This document shows positions 32,515 through 40,316 of a stretch of 50,789 bases of DNA, piece by piece. Under the pieces are notes generated by a model. The model ran no database searches. It was not told the DNA's origin and worked only from the letters and a program-made list of their open reading frames with translations. Origin of the DNA: Acidobacteriota bacterium (GTDB lineage Bacteria > Acidobacteriota > UBA4820 > DSQY01); NCBI GenBank assembly GCA_021833665.1, contig JAKBES010000002.1:1-50789 (forward strand). Direction: 5' to 3'. Each line of letters starts with the position of its first letter. Within the stretch, counting starts at the first letter, position 1. The position numbers and the translations under genes were made by a program.

Positions 32515-33867
32515 ATGCCCTTCCTGACGAACAAGCTCATTCTTGACCTACAACCCGCAGCCAAGCCGTTCAAAGTCTCTGACCAGGTGGTGAACGGAAA
32601 GGGCGTCTCCGGCCTGGTGGTTCGGGTGAGCCCCGGGGGCACCAAGACCTTCGCCGTCCAGTTCCGGAGCCGGGAGGGCCGGAAAGGCTGGGTACCCATC
32701 GGCCGATTTGGGATCCTGACCGTGGACCAGGCCCGGGATGAGGCCAAGAAGCACCTGCTGGCGGTCTCCCGCGGGGAGGACCCGGCGAAGAAACTCCGCG
32801 AGGATCGGGACGCGCCGACCGTGGCCGAGATGGTGCAGGCCTTCAAGGACGACCATCTGCCCACGCGCTCCTCCCGGACGGAGAAGGAGTACGGCCGCAT
32901 CCTCGACAAGTACATCGTGCCGAAGCTCGGCACCCGGAAGAGCAAGAGCATCGCCGCCGAGGACATGCACGACATCCTCAAGGAGATCCGGAAGCGCGCG
33001 CCGATCCAGGCCAACCGGGTGATGGCTGTGGCCCGGAAGATGTTCAACTGGGCCGAGGCCACCGGCTACCGAGACCGCGGCACCAACCCCCTCTTCGGGC
33101 AGACCTGGAGCGTAGAGGTTCCCCGGGACCGCCGGATGAATGAAACGGAGATCCGGGCCCTGGGCCAGATCATCCGCGAGGTCCGAGTCCTCGAGGCCGA
33201 CTCGAAGCCCAAGGAGGTGGACGGGGCCATGCTCTTCCCCGAGACGGTCCACGGCCTGGCGGCCGTGCAGCTGGCCCTGCTCACCGGCATGCGCAAGGGC
33301 GAGGTGCTGGGCCTGCGGTGGGCATGGCTGAACCTAGAGCGGGGGGTGGCCACCATCCCCGCCGACTCCCACAAGACGGGCCGGAAGACCGGCAAGGCCC
33401 GGGTGGTCTACCTCTGCCCGGCGGCCGTGGCCCTGCTTGGCGCCCTGCCCCGCCTGGACGAGGACCCGGAGGCGGAGGACTACAACCCCCACGTGATTCT
33501 CGGGGAGCGCCGCGGGCAGGCCCTGGTGCAGCTTCAGGACGTGTGGGACCACCTGCGCGATGCGGTGACGGGCCGGGCGAAGCACCTGGCCAAGCAGCAC
33601 CGGAAGAAGACGGCGCCGGTCGTGTCCATCGAGGACGTGACGATCCACGACCTGCGGCGCACCTTCGCCAGCGTGGCGGCTGACCTGCGGATCCCGGACC
33701 TGATCGTGAAGGCCCTGCTGGGGCACCAGTCCCTGGGCTCGGTGACGGAGGTCTACACGCGCCTGTCGGCTGATCCCATCCGGGCCTCAGCGGACGAAGT
33801 GGGCAGCCTCATCGCGGGGTGGTTGGCTGGCGCCCACTCCAATCAAGGATGCGATCACCAGCAATGA
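32515..33867 (+). CDS. int: P4-type tyrosine integrase with N-terminal arm-binding (DUF4102-like) domain, 450 aa
   Basis: The N-terminus ..KPFKVSDQVVNGKGVSGLVVRVSPGGTKTFAVQFR..GILTVDQARDEAKK is the P4-integrase arm domain. Catalytic-region motifs are LLTGMRKGEVLGLRW, IHDLRRTFAS and LLGHQSLGSVTEVYTR. Confidence 0.95.
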   Translation: MPFLTNKLILDLQPAAKPFKVSDQVVNGKGVSGLVVRVSPGGTKTFAVQFRSREGRKGWVPIGRFGILTVDQARDEAKKHLLAVSRGEDPAKKLREDRDAPTVAEMVQAFKDDHLPTRSSRTEKEYGRILDKYIVPKLGTRKSKSIAAEDMHDILKEIRKRAPIQANRVMAVARKMFNWAEATGYRDRGTNPLFGQTWSVEVPRDRRMNETEIRALGQIIREVRVLEADSKPKEVDGAMLFPETVHGLAAVQLALLTGMRKGEVLGLRWAWLNLERGVATIPADSHKTGRKTGKARVVYLCPAAVALLGALPRLDEDPEAEDYNPHVILGERRGQALVQLQDVWDHLRDAVTGRAKHLAKQHRKKTAPVVSIEDVTIHDLRRTFASVAADLRIPDLIVKALLGHQSLGSVTEVYTRLSADPIRASADEVGSLIAGWLAGAHSNQGCDHQQ

Positions 33868-34072
33868 ACACTCGCTCACCAGACGGGGAAATTGCCTCAA
33901 ACCCAAGAGTGGTCACACCTTCATAGGTATGGCTCATCATCTCGCTGTCGATGGTGACATTGACGATTTCTCCATTGGCGGCTCGCTGGTATTTAACCAC
34001 CTCACCGATGGCGAAGCTGATCTCGTTCCACTTCGCGCCAGGTGTGAATCGGGAAAGATAAACTCTAACCAT
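33809..34072 (-). CDS. hypothetical protein, 87 aa (last gene of the leftward operon)
   Basis: The ATG shares 1 nt with the upstream stop (TGATG). The body is AT-richer, and the 3' end runs 59 nt antisense into the int stop region. Confidence 0.4.
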   Translation of the reverse strand: MVRVYLSRFTPGAKWNEISFAIGEVVKYQRAANGEIVNVTIDSEMMSHTYEGVTTLGFEAISPSGERVFIAGDRILDWSGRQPTTPR

Positions 34073-34326
34073 CAGTCCTCCTCGGGCCATTCGTCGCCGG
34101 CAATCCACCGGGCCAGGGCCACCCTGGCGCGGCGGATCTGGTAGCCGGCCCAGCGGGTTAGCCGCTGCCAGCGGGTCAACTTCGGCCGCGGCATGCCGTG
34201 ATCCCAGGCCTTCATCCGGTCTACCCGGTGGCGCTGATTCACCAGTTCCTGGGACTGGAGTTCGAACCACCTCTTGACAAAATCCTCGCCGAAGAGGGTC
34301 TGGGGTGATCTCTGGGGATCGGGCAT
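34072..34326 (-). CDS. hypothetical protein, 84 aa
   Basis: Coupled to both neighbours by 1-nt overlaps. W/R-rich. Confidence 0.45.
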   Translation of the reverse strand: MPDPQRSPQTLFGEDFVKRWFELQSQELVNQRHRVDRMKAWDHGMPRPKLTRWQRLTRWAGYQIRRARVALARWIAGDEWPEED

Positions 34327-34640
34327 CAGTCGTCCTCCTTGAAGTGAACCGGCGGATCTTTGCGTTGGACCACCCGGAGTGGCTCACCAGGGCGCAGGCG
34401 GTAGAACCCTATCGGGGTCACAGTATAGAAGGTGAGTTTGGTCGGGTCACAGGGGTCCGTCCGTGTGGCCACATCGCAGCCAGCAGCCATGGCCAGAGCC
34501 ACCCGTTCGTAATCGGTGAGCTGGTCCGGCTCCTTCATGGCGGCCACCCGAGCGCGCGCGATCATCTGCTCCATGGTGCGCTGGATGAAGTTCTGCATGG
34601 GTGTCATCCGTGTTTTTTTAGGTTTGTATAAATGGATCAA
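34326..34640 (-). CDS. hypothetical protein, up to 104 aa (alternative start at M13)
   Basis: ORF in the AT-richer segment, preceded by an AT-rich gap. Confidence 0.45.
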   Translation of the reverse strand: MIHLYKPKKTRMTPMQNFIQRTMEQMIARARVAAMKEPDQLTDYERVALAMAAGCDVATRTDPCDPTKLTFYTVTPIGFYRLRPGEPLRVVQRKDPPVHFKEDD

Positions 34641-34721
34641 GATAGATTTAGTTGGACTTGTAATCCCAAATTCCTATTTAGGCGGCATCTACCCAAAAAA
34701 GGTCTGTCGCCTAATTTCAAG

Positions 34722-34985
34722 TTAGGGCTCTCGCTGAATTGGTCGCCAATGGGTCATGTCGCCATTCCCGAGTTCGGTGTTCCACTCACCTTCTATCCCG
34801 GTCATAGACTGGCCTTTGTAGTCGCACCAGTAGCCGATATCTTTCAGCCCGCTATCAGCATTCAGGAACTCAATGCGGGTTCCATCCTTTGGGGCGGTGG
34901 TGATGTCCTTCCACCCATCCGCCATGCGAAGCAGTAGCGCCCAGGCTTTTTTGTTCTCGTCTTCCATTCCTTCCTCCTTTTTCAA
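34722..34985 (-). CDS. hypothetical protein, 87 aa (..ITTAPKDGTRIEF...WRPI motif)
   Basis: AT-richer ORF. The APKDGT...W..HWRP pattern recurs in small phage proteins of unknown function. Confidence 0.5.
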   Translation of the reverse strand: MKKEEGMEDENKKAWALLLRMADGWKDITTAPKDGTRIEFLNADSGLKDIGYWCDYKGQSMTGIEGEWNTELGNGDMTHWRPIQREP

Positions 34986-34992
34986 TCATCAC

Positions 34993-35059
34993 CCTAACCG
35001 TGCCAATCAACCCGGACCCCACCGCTTCGCGCTGGTGCCGGTTATTGGCGGTCGTTAGG
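34993..35059. repeat. structured palindromic element, copy 1 (CCTAACCG..CCAATCAACCCGGACCCCACC..CCGGTTATTGG..CGGTCGTTAGG)
   Basis: Nested inverted repeats were read directly. It shares the CAAC-N1-2-CGGACCCC core and the CCTAACCG/CCGGTTA flanks with copies 2 and 3. Confidence 0.6.
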
Positions 35060-35292
35060 CGAACCGGGCGGGTTGTTCGCCGTGGGTTGGGGCCGTTCCC
35101 CCGGCATCATCCTTTGCGCTTCATGCTTTCCTGCCCCTCACCATCGTTCCGCTGTTCTCGTTTATCCTTTTCAAAACGCTCTTTCCCATTCAGCGCAAAG
35201 GTTCGGCAAGCCGTTTCGGTTCGGCTCCAACCCGCCCGCTCCGTCTAACTCTGGGCCACGCGCAAGGTCGGCAGGGCATCATCCAAGTCTCC

Positions 35293-35419
35293 CGCCTAAC
35301 CGGTCGCTCAACGCGGACCCCGCCTGCGTTGTCATTCGTTCTCTCTCAACCTCCGTCCTCCTCGGCTCCGCTCTGCATCCGTCCGCAGGCGGCGCCGGTT
35401 AGCTCGGTTTCGTTGGGCG
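35293..35419. repeat. structured palindromic element, copy 2 (GCCTAACCGG...CAACGCGGACCCCGCCTGCGTTG...CCGGTTAGC..GTTGGGCG)
   Basis: The inner hairpin at 35309-35331 has a 6-bp perfect stem. The outer arms GCCTAACCGG / CCGGTTAGC lie about 95 nt apart. The element abuts the stop of the 35420-35635 gene. Confidence 0.6.
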
Positions 35420-35635
35420 CTAGTCGTCTGGGAACTCTTTCGGGTGGGCCCGCTTGTATTTATCGAGATCGACATCCATACACAGAGCCTCATAACGGAG
35501 GGTGTCGGCCTTCGCAATGAGCGCCTTACCGTCGAGCATCAAGAGGTCCGCCCGCGTCCTCATGTCGTGGATCTTGGCCTCGATTAAATCCCTCGCCATG
35601 ATTTCGTGAAACGCCTTTCCGTCTTCGCTCATCAC
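35420..35635 (-). CDS. hypothetical coiled-coil-like protein, 71 aa
   Basis: ORF flanked by repeat copies 2 and 3. Confidence 0.5.
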   Translation of the reverse strand: MMSEDGKAFHEIMARDLIEAKIHDMRTRADLLMLDGKALIAKADTLRYEALCMDVDLDKYKRAHPKEFPDD

Positions 35636-35644
35636 TCGCTCCCA

Positions 35645-35734
35645 CGCCCAACCGGGCGCTCAACCGGACCCCGCATCCGGTGGTTGGTTTCAATTCAGCT
35701 ACCGGGCGGGGCCGGTTAGCTTTGCGTTAGGCCG
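35645..35734. repeat. structured palindromic element, copy 3 (CGCCCAACCGGG..CAACCGGACCCCGCATCCGGTGGTTG...GCCGGTTAGC..GTTAGGCCG)
   Basis: It has the same core and flank motifs as copies 1 and 2, and fills the gap between two minus-strand genes. Confidence 0.6.
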
Positions 35735-35736
35735 CT

Positions 35737-35976
35737 CTATTGGTTTTCCGGATTCCACTCGCACTCTTCCCATCCGCAATCGCAATCCAGCCACTTCCCT
35801 TCCCGGCTGGTGTGGCTGGCACAGTCGTGGGTGTGCTGGCCGAAGGTTCGAATGGCAGATCGAAGGGAGACGTTCTCCAGGACGAGGTTGGTTCCATCCC
35901 GCTTGGCGCGCTCCATATCTGTGCAGACATCGCAGCCCCGCCCCAGAAAGTACCCGTGTTCACACTCCTTGCTCAT
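35737..35976 (-). CDS. Cys/His-rich (zinc-binding-like) protein, 79 aa
   Basis: Carries CEH...CDVC...HTHDC..H....CDCGWEEC. Confidence 0.5.
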   Translation of the reverse strand: MSKECEHGYFLGRGCDVCTDMERAKRDGTNLVLENVSLRSAIRTFGQHTHDCASHTSREGKWLDCDCGWEECEWNPENQ

Positions 35977-36188
35977 GGCCGTATTCCCCCGGCCAGCTTC
36001 ATCATGTCGCAGGCGAAGCGGCTGCGCGCATAGGCGGCCTCTCGCGCCGCCCGTTCAGCCTTCCATCCCGCGATGGCGACGGCCATCAGCTCGTCGTGGG
36101 AGAGCTCGTCCAGGGGCACGCCCATGAAGAATCGGAGCTCTTCGCCCTCCAGTTGCTTCTTCACGAAGGATTCCGGCAGTTTGCTCAT
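35973..36188 (-). CDS. hypothetical protein, 71 aa
   Basis: ATGA overlaps at both ends. I prefer the internal ATG 36188 to the longer tracked ORF. Confidence 0.5.
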   Translation of the reverse strand: MSKLPESFVKKQLEGEELRFFMGVPLDELSHDELMAVAIAGWKAERAAREAAYARSRFACDMMKLAGGIRP

Positions 36189-36502
36189 GACACCTTCCTC
36201 CTGGGGATGCGCCTTACGGCATGGCCGCTCTCTTCCTGGATGCCGGCGTGCGCCAGGGCGGCCTTGATGGGCTTGGCCGGAGGCGGCGGCGCGGGCTTGG
36301 GGTAGCTGCGCGGCTCCCGGACCTTGAGCCACCAGTAGGCGCCGACGCGGGCAGCCTCGCCTCGGCGCTGGAGCTCCAGCAGGTGGATGCGCACGTCCGG
36401 GCCGAGGCCCAAGGCATGAAGCTGCTCCAGGTTGTGGCCTGGCCCTCCGGTCTTGAGGGTGTTCCGCAGGCGGTCCAGGACTGCGGGGTCCAGGTCAGCC
36501 AC
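36185..36502 (-). CDS. hypothetical protein, possibly winged-helix, with a Pro-rich tail, 105 aa
   Basis: GTG start with GGAGGTG just upstream. It overlaps the Gp37/Gp68 stop (GTGGCTGA). Confidence 0.4.
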   Translation of the reverse strand: MADLDPAVLDRLRNTLKTGGPGHNLEQLHALGLGPDVRIHLLELQRRGEAARVGAYWWLKVREPRSYPKPAPPPPAKPIKAALAHAGIQEESGHAVRRIPRRKVS

Positions 36503-37460
36503 GGGCCACCTCCGGGTAGCCGTTGTGCTCCACGCCGTCGAGGAGGCGGCCGGCGGCCTTCTTGCCCACCTTGTCGAAGGTGGCGTGGAGGTCGGGGAAG
36601 AGGCGCAGATCGCACCCAGGGCGGCAGACACCATCCGGGCTGTGGATCCACTCCCCCCACTGCTTGAACAGGAACGGCACCCCCGCCGCGGCGCACTGGT
36701 CGCGCAGGCTCCTGGCCCAGTCCGGGTGCATGGGGCGGGCGTGGGGGCCGGATTCCCCGCCGCAGATCACCCAGTCCAGCTTGGGCCCGCGGATGATCGG
36801 GGTGTCGAGGCCGCCATCGTCGAAGGTCCCCCGCAGGGCGTCGAGTTCGCCGGATGCGTCCAGGCTGGTCAGGTCCACGGGCCCCAGTAGGGGCTCGCAA
36901 CTCAGGAACCGCACGGCCGCGGGCACCACGAGCAGGACCGGGATCCGGAGGTCCGCCCGCTCCTGGTCCTCCACCGTGGTCCCCAGCCAGACGTTGGCGG
37001 GGGCGGGGCGCCCGAAGTCCCAGGCGTCGATCCAGGTAGCCAGATCCTCCCGGCCGGCATCCATGGCATCGGCCATAGCGTTCCGGAGCAGATCGCGGAT
37101 CTTCTCCGGCCGCTTGGTCAGGATGAGCCAGTCGAGGTGAGGCGTCTGCCGGATCACGTCCAGGGCCTCGAGGCGGGCGCCATCCAGGTCTCGTCGGTCC
37201 TCGAAGAAGTCCGACATGCTGTTGGTGAACACCCGGAAGCGCCGGCCCTCGGCCACGGCGCGGCGCTCGTAGCGCATGGCCTCCCGGCGGGCGGCCTCCA
37301 CGCGCACCCGGCGCTCACCGTCCGGGCCCCACAGCCCGGCATGGAACCGGGCGGCCTGGCCCTCGGCGTAGCAGTGGGCACACGCGGGGGACACCTTGCT
37401 GCAGCCCCACCAGAAATTGACGGTGTGGTCTGTCCACTCGATCTTCGAGTTCTCAGCCAC
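36495..37460 (-). CDS. phage Gp37/Gp68 family (DUF5131) protein, 321 aa
   Basis: IEWTDHTVNFWWGCSKVSPACAHCYA, ..WLILTKRPE.., ..FLSCEPLLGP.. and ..DWVICGGESG...RPMHPDW match the family signature. GTG start with GGAGG upstream. Confidence 0.8.
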   Translation of the reverse strand: MAENSKIEWTDHTVNFWWGCSKVSPACAHCYAEGQAARFHAGLWGPDGERRVRVEAARREAMRYERRAVAEGRRFRVFTNSMSDFFEDRRDLDGARLEALDVIRQTPHLDWLILTKRPEKIRDLLRNAMADAMDAGREDLATWIDAWDFGRPAPANVWLGTTVEDQERADLRIPVLLVVPAAVRFLSCEPLLGPVDLTSLDASGELDALRGTFDDGGLDTPIIRGPKLDWVICGGESGPHARPMHPDWARSLRDQCAAAGVPFLFKQWGEWIHSPDGVCRPGCDLRLFPDLHATFDKVGKKAAGRLLDGVEHNGYPEVARG

Positions 37461-37572
37461 GGGAGCCTCCCCGCTTCGACCGCTCCAGTTCGGCCCGGAC
37501 AGCAAGCCGGACCATCCAGGAGCCCAGATAGGAGAGGAGCACGACGCCGGCCAGCCGCTTGAGTTCAGCCAT
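37453..37572 (-). CDS. micro-ORF encoding a 39-aa hydrophobic peptide (MAELKRLAGVVLLSYLGSWMVRLAV..)
   Basis: GGAGG lies 6 nt before the ATG, and the stop overlaps the Gp37/Gp68 start. Confidence 0.4.
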   Translation of the reverse strand: MAELKRLAGVVLLSYLGSWMVRLAVRAELERSKRGGSRG

Positions 37573-37573
37573 G

Positions 37574-38185
37574 TTAGGCCTCCACCTTTTCGATGGTCTC
37601 TTTGGCGTGAAGCGCCATCCACTGTCCAATGGCTAGGCTCCCGGAGTCCCCTTCGGCGATGTCCCTGAGCCCCTGCAGGCACATGGCCAGCTTGGCCTTC
37701 TCCTGGCGCACGTTGGGTGGTACCTCCGCGAGGATTTTGAGGGAGGCGACCAGGCTCTGGATCCGCTTCACCATGCTCATGGTGGTCTCGCCCTCGATGA
37801 CGGGCACGATGGCGCCCAGGGCCTCCACGATCTGGACCCACTGGGCGCGCACGGCCTCCTGCGCCTCGGCCCATCCCTGGATCTCGGCATCGCGCGCCGC
37901 GATGACGCCCTTCAGGCGCTCCACCTCGGCCGCGTGCAGATCCACTGGCGGCCCGGGGTCGAACTCGGGTCCGGATGCAACCTCTGCGCCCTTGCGGTCG
38001 TACCAGGCGCCCTTCTCCAGGTCCTGGGCCGCATCGCCCTTCAGGCCGGCGCGCCAGTTGTACTTGATGGCCGTTCCGCGGCAGTAGGCCACGAACCCTT
38101 CGGGCCCGAGGGCGGCGCGGATGGCGTCTATGGCCTCGATGTTTCCGGCCGTGTAGTGGGGGGGATGGTTCACCATGTCAGGCAT
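37574..38185 (-). CDS. DUF3310 family protein with coiled-coil C-terminal extension, 203 aa
   Basis: VNHPPHYTAGNIEAIDAIRAAL...GTAIKYNWRAGLKGDAAQDLEKGAWY matches the DUF3310 pattern. GGAGGAAAG precedes ATG 38185. Confidence 0.75.
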   Translation of the reverse strand: MPDMVNHPPHYTAGNIEAIDAIRAALGPEGFVAYCRGTAIKYNWRAGLKGDAAQDLEKGAWYDRKGAEVASGPEFDPGPPVDLHAAEVERLKGVIAARDAEIQGWAEAQEAVRAQWVQIVEALGAIVPVIEGETTMSMVKRIQSLVASLKILAEVPPNVRQEKAKLAMCLQGLRDIAEGDSGSLAIGQWMALHAKETIEKVEA

Positions 38186-38579
38186 GTGCTTTCCTCCATC
38201 CAAGGTTGATGGGTACTACAGGGATCCAGAGGTGCCGCATGTTGGCGACGTTCACCACGTCGTCGTCGGCGGGATAGACCTCGTAGGCGGCAAAGTCCCC
38301 GAGCCCGATCCCGCACTTGATGCGCTGGAGATCCTCCCAGGTGATCCCGTCCTTCCACTTGTTGTCCCCGTCGAGGCGGGTCCGGCAGATGGAGATCCGG
38401 GTGGCGCCGTCCTCGGTGTAGACCTGGGCCAGGAAGTCCCTGGAGGCCCAGACCTGGACGAGGCCACGGGGAGCCGGGTTGGGCCAGGCCTCCGGGGGAA
38501 TGGGGCGGAGCTCGTCGTGATCGAAGCGGGCCCGGTTCGTGGCGTCCATGGCGCGGCGCTGGTGGCGGTTCAGGTTCAC
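38178..38579 (-). CDS. conserved-looking phage protein of unknown function, 133 aa
   Basis: GTGA overlap upstream. The pattern ..ISICRTRLDGDNKWKDGITWEDLQRIK...YEVYPADDDVVNVANMRHLW recurs in prophage early regions as I recall. Confidence 0.55.
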   Translation of the reverse strand: MNLNRHQRRAMDATNRARFDHDELRPIPPEAWPNPAPRGLVQVWASRDFLAQVYTEDGATRISICRTRLDGDNKWKDGITWEDLQRIKCGIGLGDFAAYEVYPADDDVVNVANMRHLWIPVVPINLGWRKAHA

Positions 38580-38731
38580 AGCTTCACCTCGGGTCGGATC
38601 TGCTTGCAGACCTCCTCGAGCCCCCTGGCCGCGGCACGCCGTAGCATGTCGTCACCATCGCGAAGGGCCCGCAGGATGCTCTCCAGGGCCGGCAGCAGGT
38701 CGCGGGCGGGGGCGTCGGGAGTGAGGGTCAT
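38576..38731 (-). CDS. hypothetical protein, 51 aa
   Basis: ATGA overlap upstream and GTGA overlap downstream. Below the ORF-track cut-off. Confidence 0.4.
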   Translation of the reverse strand: MTLTPDAPARDLLPALESILRALRDGDDMLRRAAARGLEEVCKQIRPEVKL

Positions 38732-38850
38732 CCAGGTCTCCGAGTATTGCGGGTGTCGTCGGTGGGGGTGGGGTCTCGGCGGCCGGTCGGGCGCGGCAGC
38801 ATCATGGCTGCAACGAGCCCAGCGCCCATGAGACCAAGGAAGAGGCGCAC
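38728..38850 (-). CDS. possible micro-ORF, 33-40 aa, with a hydrophobic N-terminus
   Basis: GTG 38850 or ATG 38829 could be the start. It ends in an ATGA overlap with the next gene. Weak evidence. Confidence 0.25.
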   Translation of the reverse strand: MRLFLGLMGAGLVAAMMLPRPTGRRDPTPTDDTRNTRRPG

Positions 38851-38854
38851 GTAC

Positions 38855-39037
38855 TCAGCGGTTGCGCTTGGCACGGGGGAAGACGAGGTAGATGGCCGGG
38901 AACATGGGGGTCCACCAGCCCCCGGGGGTGCGCTGGGCGGGAGTGAGGGCCTGGGGCCCAAACATCTGGACCTCTCGTAGGGCCACACGCTGCGCGAATT
39001 GGTAGGCGTGGAGGGGTGTGAGAGCGGGATGGATCAT
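38855..39037 (-). CDS. hypothetical protein, 60 aa
   Basis: ATGA overlap with the upstream membrane-protein gene. Confidence 0.4.
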   Translation of the reverse strand: MIHPALTPLHAYQFAQRVALREVQMFGPQALTPAQRTPGGWWTPMFPAIYLVFPRAKRNR

Positions 39038-39249
39038 TTGCGGCTCCAGTCGAAGAAGCGGCCGGCGCGGCGCCGTGCGGCATCTCGCCTCCGCCGGGCC
39101 CGCCGATCCCGTTGGCGAATGAGCCAGGAGATCAGCGGGTTCTCGATCAGCGGCCAGAAGCCCACCATCAGCGCCACGACGACCAGCGCCACGGCCCCGG
39201 CGTAGGCCAGGACCGGGAGGAGGTAGTCGAAGAGGACGGCGAGGACCAT
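39034..39249 (-). CDS. small membrane protein with Arg-rich tail, 71 aa
   Basis: The hydrophobic region is LPVLAYAGAVALVVVALMVGFWPLI, followed by RQRDRRARRRRDAARRRAGR. Confidence 0.5.
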   Translation of the reverse strand: MVLAVLFDYLLPVLAYAGAVALVVVALMVGFWPLIENPLISWLIRQRDRRARRRRDAARRRAGRFFDWSRK

Positions 39250-39252
39250 GGG

Positions 39253-39537
39253 CTACCCCACCACCTGCCAGTCCTCGGCCAGCAGGTCCGACTGGGAAGC
39301 CACCCAGGGCACCACGTCCCCCTGGGCGGTCTTCATGTCGATGTGGGGGCGGTAGTCGATGGGCGTGCCCGCGGGGTAGATCCCGAGCAGCGGCGCGCGG
39401 TTGACGGTGAAGTGGGAGCCGGGGACCAGGAAGAGAAACATCCCCTTCCCATTCCAGCCCTCACGGGTGATACGCTTGCCCGCCTTCAGGTGAAGGAGGG
39501 CCGTGGAGAAGTCTTCTCCGGACACGGCGCACCTCAC
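39253..39537 (-). CDS. tad2: DUF2829 / Tad2-like protein (Thoeris anti-defence 2 family), 94 aa
   Basis: ..ALLHLKAGKRITREGWNGKGMFLFL... and ...HIDMKTAQGDVVPWVASQSDLLAEDWQVV match the DUF2829 signature (GW.GKGM ... MKTA.G...W.ASQ.D.LAEDW). GTGA overlap upstream. Confidence 0.75.
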   Translation of the reverse strand: MRCAVSGEDFSTALLHLKAGKRITREGWNGKGMFLFLVPGSHFTVNRAPLLGIYPAGTPIDYRPHIDMKTAQGDVVPWVASQSDLLAEDWQVVG

Positions 39538-40279
39538 GCGATGATGGGGATGTTGAGGTTGAAGGAATCCATGTGGCGCTTGATGGTCTCGATGGCGTCC
39601 ACCTTCCAGGCGCCCCCGTCCGCCTCCACCAGCATCAGCTGGGGCGCGCCCTCACCATTGGCCTTGGCCCGGAAGACGAACTCGCTCTCGGGCTGCGGGA
39701 TCTCAGGGAAGGTGCGGAAGGGCGCCAGCTTCACCTTGGGTTCGATGGTTAAGCTCTCCTTCTGGCGCAGGCCCGCGCGGACCGTCACCTTCTGGGAGAA
39801 GCCGTTGTCCTCGGACAGGCTGGTGGCCTCATTGGTCAGGCTGGAAGCGATAGCCAATACGTTCAGCCGATCAGCGCTGTCGGCGAACCGGCTGGAGAAG
39901 GCGATGACGAACTCCTCCTGGCTCATCCAGCGGGCGAAGGGGAAGGTCTCGAACGGAACCGGGGCGGCCTTGATGAAGCAGACGCGCCGGCCGTAGACGT
40001 CGGTCTCGCGGGTCACGAGTTCGACGGTGCGCTCGTCGGCGATGTGGAAGAAGGCGCACTTGGGGAAATCGCCCCCCTCTAGCCCGGCCTTCACGAGGTC
40101 GGCCAGGGCACCCAGGGTGAAGACGTTGACCTTGGCGGCGACGGGCGGAGCCGCGGCCTTGACCTCGTGGACCTGGGTGCTGGAGTAGGTGGCGTTGCGC
40201 CCGAAGGCATCCACGACCTCTTTGAAGGTGGGGGGGCCAGGTCCAGGATCTTGTTGATGGCGTCAGCGATGATGCTCAT
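39534..40279 (-). pseudogene. about 248-aa early gene split by a frame change at a G7/C7 homopolymer (40230-40236)
   Basis: ATG 40279 opens MSIIADAINKILDLAPP with G/C-rich third positions. After the C7 run, the native-looking frame is the one of the tracked ORF 39534-40214. One extra C would give MSIIADAINKILDLAPPTFKEVVDAFGRN... Confidence 0.55.
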
Positions 40280-40316
40280 GAGTGCCTTTCAGATGGGGTT
40301 GGGGAGGGCGGCCGGC

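Noticed and set aside
35060-35292. Chain of tiny minus-strand ORFs (about 30, 22 and 22 codons) in the spacer between repeat copies 1 and 2
   Set aside because: Third-position G/C is only about 60% or lower, the sequences are basic and low complexity, and the start contexts are weak. I reported the region as a possible ncRNA or spacer instead.
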